Assembly (NCBI GenBank): GCA_964012805.1
Contig: CAXGUD010000019.1
Location: 15,798 to 79,797 of the forward strand
Origin: an uncultured Bacteriovoracaceae bacterium
Lineage (GTDB): Bacteria; Bdellovibrionota; Bacteriovoracia; Bacteriovoracales; Bacteriovoracaceae
Length of the DNA: 64,000 nucleotides
Reading direction: 5' to 3'
In this document: one piece after another, positions 57,416-64,000 of the stretch
Layout of the letters: every line of letters starts with the position of its first letter
Numbering within the stretch: the stretch's first letter is position 1
Made by a program: the position numbers and the translations under genes
Notes under the pieces: model-generated
Databases searched by the model: none
The model's input: only the letters and a program-made list of their open reading frames with translations
Told to the model about the DNA's origin: nothing

Positions 57416-58923
57416 TCTAGCCCTAAAAGCGTGCTATTTTCATCTGTATTCGTTGATTCAAAATGGGAAACTTTGTAAGCGCATGACGTAAGGGCTCCTG
57501 GGCCTGTGGGTTTTCCATTACCAGAGTTTTTGAGATTCGCAAAGGTTAGACTTAAATCCTTATTCATAGTGGATTTATTAAAATTAATATAACCGATATC
57601 TAATTCGTAAATACAGGAAGATATAGTTTTCTCATTTTTAGTGAAAACGGAAGTGGTGAAGCCGTATTGCATTTGATTGACAATATTAATTGCTTCATCA
57701 ATTGTCTCAAAGGGAATAAATGTGCAATTTGGACCCAGTATTTCTGAGTTTATAAATAAGCTTTTTGGATTGAACTTCTCTGAATAATGAATAGAAGGAG
57801 AAACATAATGACCAGAAAATTCTTTTGTCAGGATCTTTCCTCTCATTAACTCTTCAATGCCTTCTCTTTTAGCCATTCCCATATAAAGAAGATAATTGTC
57901 GACAGCTTTTTTATCGACTAAGGGACCCATAAATGGCTCTTTTTTATACTTAGTAGGGTGATCTACAATAATTCTTTTTGCTGTTTGATGAAAGGTTTTA
58001 ATAAATGAATCAATAATGCTTTTGTGTACAAGGGTTATACCAGATGATGAACAGTGTTGACCTGATGATAGAAATGAACCTTTTGTAGTTTCAGTTAGAG
58101 CATTTTCTATATTGGCATCTTCACAAATTATCGTTGTATTTTTTCCTCCAAGTTCTAAGCTAACAACTTTTCTAAGGTCATCATGGGTAGCTTGTATAAT
58201 TTTTTTTCCTGTTTCGATAGAGCCTGTAAGGAAAACTCCTTTTATGGTTTTGTTCAAGGATAGCCTTCTTCCAATTTCATCACCACCCTGAATTAAATTG
58301 ATTACCCCTTTTGGAAAACTAGCTTTAATAAAGCAGTCAATAAGAAGCTCTCCAGAGTAACAAGTTTTTTCAGATGGTTTAAAAATGATACTATTGCCTG
58401 CTAGAAGGGCAGTCGTGATCTTTGAACTTGCAATAAAACAAGGGTCGATAAAAGAGCCTAAAATGAGGTGAGGCCCCATTGGCTTTAAAATGGATCCTTT
58501 TCTAATATCCTTATTTTCATCAGAAAAAGTTGGATGTTTCAATAACTCGTCTGATTTAGATATTAGAATATCTATATAGGATATAACATTTTCTATTTCC
58601 TGAAGGCTTTCCCAAATAGGTTTACCTGTTTCAAGACTAACTGATGTCGCGAGTTCCTTTTTTCTTAAGACAACGTGCTCTTGATATCTTTTAAGTGATT
58701 GTATACGTTCTTCGTAAGATGTTTGTTTCCATAATTTAAAGCCATTTAGGGAAGATTCTATTGTGGGGTCCACATGGGAGTAGTCTACAAGGCATCTCCA
58801 TAACTTTAAATCAAGTTGAGCTGGACAGTATTTATCTATAAAAAAATCTGTTGCTTCTGGTCCAGTTGTTTTAGGAAAGGTAAAGTTACCATCAAAAAAG
58901 TTTCCTTTGAGTTCAAATTCCAT
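57412..58923 (-). CDS. astD: Aldehyde dehydrogenase, AstD-like, with degenerate motifs
   Basis: ETGKPIWES, GNSIIFKPSE, TGS, ELGGKN, GQHC, EILGP; directly downstream of astA. Confidence 0.75.
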   Translation of the reverse strand: MEFELKGNFFDGNFTFPKTTGPEATDFFIDKYCPAQLDLKLWRCLVDYSHVDPTIESSLNGFKLWKQTSYEERIQSLKRYQEHVVLRKKELATSVSLETGKPIWESLQEIENVISYIDILISKSDELLKHPTFSDENKDIRKGSILKPMGPHLILGSFIDPCFIASSKITTALLAGNSIIFKPSEKTCYSGELLIDCFIKASFPKGVINLIQGGDEIGRRLSLNKTIKGVFLTGSIETGKKIIQATHDDLRKVVSLELGGKNTTIICEDANIENALTETTKGSFLSSGQHCSSSGITLVHKSIIDSFIKTFHQTAKRIIVDHPTKYKKEPFMGPLVDKKAVDNYLLYMGMAKREGIEELMRGKILTKEFSGHYVSPSIHYSEKFNPKSLFINSEILGPNCTFIPFETIDEAINIVNQMQYGFTTSVFTKNEKTISSCIYELDIGYINFNKSTMNKDLSLTFANLKNSGNGKPTGPGALTSCAYKVSHFESTNTDENSTLLGLD

Positions 58924-58961
58924 TTTTTCCTCATTTTGACAATAAATACATGGTTTTCTAT

Positions 58962-59999
58962 CTAAAGAAAGATACCAGAAAATGTCTGATCTTTCTTTAT
59001 ATTAAAATAACGAAATTGATCTGGTTCAATTACTATTATAGCATTTTCTTTATCCAATTGATGAATATTTGCCAGAATTTTAGTTGAGTAAAACTCGTCC
59101 TCTTCGGAGGGAAGTGATATGAGTAATGATTTTGAACTTTTTTCATCATAAGGTGGATCAGTAACTATAACTCCTTTAATCATTTCTTTTATTGGTTTTA
59201 TTTGGTCTATTTTAGCTCTATAGTGGGGACCACCATCAAAGGGGTCAACTTCATTCATAAATTGAAAACCAATGCTTTCTAACATCTTTTTTACGGGTTT
59301 TGTATGGGGACCGACTTCCCCTATAACTTTTTTAGCAGAATCGGGAAGTAGGTTTTCATAAATAACTTCTGATGGATAAAGATTTAGAATAAATTCCTTA
59401 TTTGAGAGACTAAGTAAGTCTGCCTCTTTGTAGTCCATATGAAAGAACTTTTCTCCAATTGCAGCCCAAAGAGGAGAGCTACCATCATTATCAAAGGGGG
59501 GCATCAGCTCTGAATGAATTTGTTCTGTGAATCTATTGGGATTCAATCCCATGTATAAAAATCTAATAAAAGAGAGCTGTTTTCCCAATTTTTCGTTGTT
59601 TCCTCGATATTGTGGACTTAAAACCAATCCTCCTATCTCGGAGTATCCATTTTTTTCGTATCCGAGTTTAAGCGTTTTGTGGGAATAATTCTTTTTAAGG
59701 GTAGAGCTGCTTTTATCTTCTGTGCCTAACTTTAAATAAAAGTGGGGCTCTTCTTCGGTACCATGTTTTGCATGGATCATTGATACACCAATAATTTTAG
59801 AACAGTTTAAATCCTCAAGTATAAATATGTAATAGTTTTCGGATAAGTTTGAAGATGGGTTTTTAAAGGATTGGAAGGAAGATTTAATTTTTTCTTGGAG
59901 AAGATCTTTATTAGAGGGCAAATTTATAAAATTCATTAATTTGCTTAGTTCAAATAAATCATTAAGGTCCTTTTTTCTTACTGATCTCAAAATAAACAT
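58962..59999 (-). CDS. astA: Arginine N-succinyltransferase
   Basis: NLP, YIFILED, SEIGGLVL, GKQLSFIRF, SPLW, FDGGP. Confidence 0.9.
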   Translation of the reverse strand: MFILRSVRKKDLNDLFELSKLMNFINLPSNKDLLQEKIKSSFQSFKNPSSNLSENYYIFILEDLNCSKIIGVSMIHAKHGTEEEPHFYLKLGTEDKSSSTLKKNYSHKTLKLGYEKNGYSEIGGLVLSPQYRGNNEKLGKQLSFIRFLYMGLNPNRFTEQIHSELMPPFDNDGSSPLWAAIGEKFFHMDYKEADLLSLSNKEFILNLYPSEVIYENLLPDSAKKVIGEVGPHTKPVKKMLESIGFQFMNEVDPFDGGPHYRAKIDQIKPIKEMIKGVIVTDPPYDEKSSKSLLISLPSEEDEFYSTKILANIHQLDKENAIIVIEPDQFRYFNIKKDQTFSGIFL

Positions 60000-60084
60000 T
60001 AAAAATTCCTCTTAAACTCAATTATTCTGATGATAGACTTTTTTAAAGAATTGGTTTTTATCAGGTATTCTTATATTGATCAAT

Positions 60085-61449
60085 TTAAAACAAATCTAAA
60101 GTGGTTTTCTCAACAATTGAAAAAATTTCTTTGATGTGATCATCAGTTAAGCTTAGAGGGAGCAAAAATCTAACACGTGTGGGATTATTTCCAGCAATAA
60201 AAGAGATTACCCCATTTTCATAAAGCTTTTTAATAAAATAAATCGTTGATTCTTTGCTCGAGTCACCAACCTCAAATGAAATCATTGTGCCAATACCGCC
60301 ATAATAATTAATTTTTCCTTTGCAGGTCGTTTCTGAAAGTTTTTTTAGGGATGAAAGAAAAGTAGTTTCTATCTGATGTATCCTACCATTCTCTCCGTAA
60401 AATGGACCTTTTCTAAGGTAATTGACAATTTTTTGTCCTGCAATTATCGCAGATAAGGCACCATTAAATGTTCCAGCGATCAATCCAGGCTTTGGGTTCA
60501 ACTCCTCAGAGTATAAAGTTCCACAAACTTGGAGAGCTTTTCCAACAGTTACGACGTCTACGTATTCATCCAGCTCGAACATTTGGAAAGCAAAAATCTC
60601 CCTTGTTCTACCAAATGTTTGTACCTCATCAACCCAAATATAGAGACTTTTTTCTTTCGCCCATTTGAAAATCTCTTTGTAGAAACTTTTAGTTCCATAT
60701 ACAAACCCGGCTTCTCCCTGAATTAGCTCAATCATCATTGCACAAATTGAATGAGATTCTTGTTCCCATACTTTTTCTAATGCACTTAGTGTCTTATTCA
60801 GAGAGTTTTCAGGATCATTCTGATCGAAGTGAGGCACATGACAAACCTCTAAAGTTTTTGGCATGTTTTCTCTGTAGCTTGGGTTAAAAGTAATATCTTG
60901 AGTGGCAATGCTTCTTCCTGCAAAAGCTTTATTGAACGCTATGACCTTATATTTGGGAGCTTTGTTTTGCCATATCATTTTGAGTGCAGAGTCGTTAGCA
61001 AAGCTTCCACTTCCCGCAAACCAAAAATGTTTTAGCTTTGTATTTTTAACACTTTTTAATATTTCTTCTGTTAAACGCAGGGGCTCATTATAATTTAGCA
61101 AGTTTCCGCATGTGATAACATCCAAAGCAGCTGCCTCTAGGTGCGATTTTATATAGAGAGGATGGGAATGACCTAGTAGGTTTGGTCCCATTGCTCCAAT
61201 TAAGTCATATTTTACAGAGCCATCAATTAGTTGAGTAAAAGGACCATTTCCATAACCTGATGATATGTACGGAAAAAAAGACTCCCTGCCTTTGTTTCTT
61301 TCGTAAGACTTAAGTGCATTTTCCATATTTGAAAAATCTTCTTCTTTAGAATGCTTAATTTTGTTTATTTTTTTATGTTCGAGAAGAATAGAGGAAAAGA
61401 GTTCATTCATTTGGTTTCTGGTTTCAACGTTGAGCTTTTCAATATCCAT
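60085..61449 (-). CDS. Class III PLP aminotransferase (AstC/ArgD-like by context)
   Basis: LLGHSHP, ELIQGEAG, DEVQT, VGK (PLP Lys), GTF; upstream of astA. Confidence 0.85.
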   Translation of the reverse strand: MDIEKLNVETRNQMNELFSSILLEHKKINKIKHSKEEDFSNMENALKSYERNKGRESFFPYISSGYGNGPFTQLIDGSVKYDLIGAMGPNLLGHSHPLYIKSHLEAAALDVITCGNLLNYNEPLRLTEEILKSVKNTKLKHFWFAGSGSFANDSALKMIWQNKAPKYKVIAFNKAFAGRSIATQDITFNPSYRENMPKTLEVCHVPHFDQNDPENSLNKTLSALEKVWEQESHSICAMMIELIQGEAGFVYGTKSFYKEIFKWAKEKSLYIWVDEVQTFGRTREIFAFQMFELDEYVDVVTVGKALQVCGTLYSEELNPKPGLIAGTFNGALSAIIAGQKIVNYLRKGPFYGENGRIHQIETTFLSSLKKLSETTCKGKINYYGGIGTMISFEVGDSSKESTIYFIKKLYENGVISFIAGNNPTRVRFLLPLSLTDDHIKEIFSIVEKTTLDLF

Positions 61450-61560
61450 TTTAATTTTCCTAATTTCTAGGTTTTAATGGGGCACTTTTTTTAGAAGAGA
61501 TTTCCTGCCTTGCAGAAAACGCCTCTTGATTTATAGGGTACTGGTTTAGATAATTACAGT

Positions 61561-62226
61561 ATGGAAAAGGTGAAAGCAAATGAATGGGTCCAGAACTTAA
61601 AAAAGCTATATGTTGAAGCAGACTACAATGGTGTAGAAAATAAATTACGTCAGAATAAGGATGCTTACTCTGATGGGGTTTATTATTACAATGTTGGGAC
61701 AGTGCATATTAAGAAAGGTGAGGTTGGGTTGGGGCGTTACGGTCTTGAAAAGGCTTTGATCCATGGCTTTCAATCTCCTCAGGTTTTCCACAACCTTGAC
61801 CTTGTTAGGGAAAAGATCCAAGTGGAAGACATTTCTAGCTCAGGCTTTTTTAATTATAGTGGTATTGAGAGACTTAAGATGTTTTCTTTTGATAACTATT
61901 TAAGTTTTACATTACTGTGTTTGATATTTGTTGTCTGGCTAATGAGGTTTAAGTTTCTTGAACCTAAGATAAGAAGGGTTTTTTTGATCCTCCTTGTTTG
62001 TGCGCCACTTCTTTTTCAAACTTTTTATCTTAATAAAATATCATTTGCAGTTGTTTTAAGAAAATCTCAAGTTTATGAAGGTCCTTCGAAAATTTACTCC
62101 AAAGTTTTTGAGTTGGAAGAAGGATCAAAAATATTATTGAGTCAAAAAAGTGGTAAGTGGTACCTTATTTCTTCTCCATCACAAATGAGAGGCTGGGTTC
62201 ATGAGCAGGTTATTGGGAAACTTTAA
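61561..62226 (+). CDS. BatE-like TPR / TM / SH3 protein
   Basis: YYNVG...HNL TPR, two TMs, VYEGPS...GKWYLI...GWV SH3b pattern. Confidence 0.8.
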   Translation: MEKVKANEWVQNLKKLYVEADYNGVENKLRQNKDAYSDGVYYYNVGTVHIKKGEVGLGRYGLEKALIHGFQSPQVFHNLDLVREKIQVEDISSSGFFNYSGIERLKMFSFDNYLSFTLLCLIFVVWLMRFKFLEPKIRRVFLILLVCAPLLFQTFYLNKISFAVVLRKSQVYEGPSKIYSKVFELEEGSKILLSQKSGKWYLISSPSQMRGWVHEQVIGKL

Positions 62227-62245
62227 AAATGGTTAAGTTTAATAT

Positions 62246-62917
62246 ATGAAAAGTTATGAAAAAGAAGTTAAAGAAAAAATTGAGCAGGATCAGGCGTTGC
62301 CCCCAAAGCTTGACCTGTCTTTACTAAAATATTTTTGGCAGGCAGGACCTTTTTCAGGAAGAAGTAATAAAACAATTCCAAAATTTCTAAGAAAGATCGA
62401 AGTACTTAAAACTTTTACAGATAATGAATTGAGAATTCTTTCAAAGTATTTACACTTAAGACAATTTGGACCAGATGAACCTGTATTTGAGCAGGGAGAC
62501 CTAGGAGTTGGTTTTTATTTTGTTTATAGTGGACAAATAGATATTAGAGTTCAGTATGACGAATATGATGAGCAAATTGAAGATGCAAGTCGAAAGCTTG
62601 ATGGAAGAAAAGTGCTTTCTCTAGAATTGTATGATTATTTTGGTGAATTAGCTTTATTACAAGAAAATAACTTTAGGACTGCGACAGCTCTCTCAAGGGA
62701 TAATAGTCAACTTTTGGGAATTTTTAAACCTGACCTAGAGGTTCTAATTGATGAGTATCCTATCGTCGCCACAAAGTTACTTCAAAGTATTTCTGTAATT
62801 TTGGCAAATAGGTTATTTTCTATTACATCAGAGGTTCGTATCCTCAAAATGAAAATTGCTAATATGGAAGAAAATTATGAAAAACTTCGAGAAGATAAAA
62901 GCGAGGAAGAAAAGTGA
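62246..62917 (+). CDS. Stand-alone cyclic-nucleotide-binding domain protein
   Basis: VFEQGD, FYFVYSG, FGELALL...RTATA; coiled-coil tail, no HTH seen. Confidence 0.9.
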   Translation: MKSYEKEVKEKIEQDQALPPKLDLSLLKYFWQAGPFSGRSNKTIPKFLRKIEVLKTFTDNELRILSKYLHLRQFGPDEPVFEQGDLGVGFYFVYSGQIDIRVQYDEYDEQIEDASRKLDGRKVLSLELYDYFGELALLQENNFRTATALSRDNSQLLGIFKPDLEVLIDEYPIVATKLLQSISVILANRLFSITSEVRILKMKIANMEENYEKLREDKSEEEK

Positions 62918-63938
62918 AGTACTAAGGTTTGTATTTTTTTTCTCGGTTTTTATTTTTTCAGCCCTAGCATTGATGTTTTTACCACGATTAACAATTCCGT
63001 TAGTTATTGCCTACGTATTTTATTTGGTAATGAGGCCTATAATGCCTTGGTTAATGAAAAGGGGTTTAAGTAGAGCATTTTCAATTGGTATTGTTTTTTT
63101 TGGAATGATCTTTTTAACGACATATCCTGTGTATAAAATTGTCCCAACAATTACAGAAGAAACAAAAAACTTTCAATTTTTTCTTCCCAAAATTGAAAAA
63201 TATATTAGAGATAATTATAGGCAGCTTTCTGAAAAAATAAAAAATAGGACAGGGTATGAAATTGGTGATGAAGTTTTAACAAATAGCCTTAGGTATGGAA
63301 CTTTGGCTTCAAAAACGGTCTTATTGAGTGTACCCCAAATTCTTGCTTCTTTACTTGAGTGGATTATTTTAGTTCCCTTTTTTATTTTCTTCTTCTTAAA
63401 AGACGCGAGATCATTCAAGTTTAGATTACTGAGCTTGGCTCCAAATAGCATTTTTGAAAGAGCTTACTTCCTTTTCCACCAATTTAATAAGAAATTTGGA
63501 GACTATATTTTTGCTAAGTTTATAGAAGCTAGTATTGTGGGTTTTATTATAACTTCTGGTTTATTAATTATGGGCGTAAAGTTTTCATTTTTGCTTGGGT
63601 TGGTAGCAGCTGTAACAAATATAATACCCTATATAGGCCCTTTTATTGGAATGGTTCCAGCAGTTGCTTGGGGTATCGCTGAGTTTGGTTTAAGCACTAA
63701 TTTTGGGGCTATTGTCATTCTTTATCTTGTCGCTAATGCAATTGATCTGGCGATAGTATTCCCTATACTTGTGTCTAAAATAGTAGATTTGCATCCCCTC
63801 GTCGTTGTTGGAAGTGTAATACTTGGATCTCAATACCTAGGTATTTTGGGAATGGTTTTATCTATTCCTCTAGCTGCGTCATTAAAATTAGTTCTTCTGG
63901 AGGTCTACTTCGAAGTTTATGCCTTATCTCGAAAGTGA
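62877..63938 (+). CDS. AI-2E (PerM/UPF0118) family transporter
   Basis: Multi-TM, FFFLKD, NIIPYIGPFIG, LHPL, GILGMVLSIP; overlaps the cNMP gene. Confidence 0.92.
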   Translation: MKNFEKIKARKKSEVLRFVFFFSVFIFSALALMFLPRLTIPLVIAYVFYLVMRPIMPWLMKRGLSRAFSIGIVFFGMIFLTTYPVYKIVPTITEETKNFQFFLPKIEKYIRDNYRQLSEKIKNRTGYEIGDEVLTNSLRYGTLASKTVLLSVPQILASLLEWIILVPFFIFFFLKDARSFKFRLLSLAPNSIFERAYFLFHQFNKKFGDYIFAKFIEASIVGFIITSGLLIMGVKFSFLLGLVAAVTNIIPYIGPFIGMVPAVAWGIAEFGLSTNFGAIVILYLVANAIDLAIVFPILVSKIVDLHPLVVVGSVILGSQYLGILGMVLSIPLAASLKLVLLEVYFEVYALSRK

Positions 63939-64000
63939 ACCTTTGGGAATTAAGAAGAGGTTTTTGACTGAAACAAATTCGAGGTGGTAGAGTCCCCTAG

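Overview
AT-rich, gene-dense bacterial chromosomal segment. Gene content and order (atpD-atpC followed by a patatin and small HTH gene, many orphan beta-barrel/secreted proteins, CHASE2 kinase plus sigma-54 activator plus lspA, icmF, hut and ast genes) suggest a predatory Bdellovibrionota, probably Bacteriovoracia; this is an inference, not a database result. It holds about 62 CDS and two tRNAs (Gln-TTG, Asn-GTT). I see no mobile element, CRISPR array, prophage or rRNA. Core functions: ATP synthase end, glpK, def-fmt-rpe-hutHUI, galU, priA, class A PBP, prs-pth-ychF, SLT, Mrp, etfBA, folK, dNK, amgK/murU-like, icmF-ATR-iscA-ygfZ, astCAD-like. Most interesting points: (1) a YgfZ fused to two TPR modules, next to IscA, a ferredoxin and the B12 enzyme IcmF; (2) four apparent pseudoenzymes with intact frames (archaeal-type endonuclease IV with a metal-ligand Glu replaced by Asn, AstD-like ALDH lacking its oxyanion Asn, two M48 homologues without HExxH); (3) two small genes missed by the ORF track, a type IV prepilin-like gene with an apparent ATA start and an LptM-like lipoprotein; (4) tRNA-Asn and tRNA-Gln with identical acceptor stems; (5) sigma-28-type promoters in front of orphan genes.
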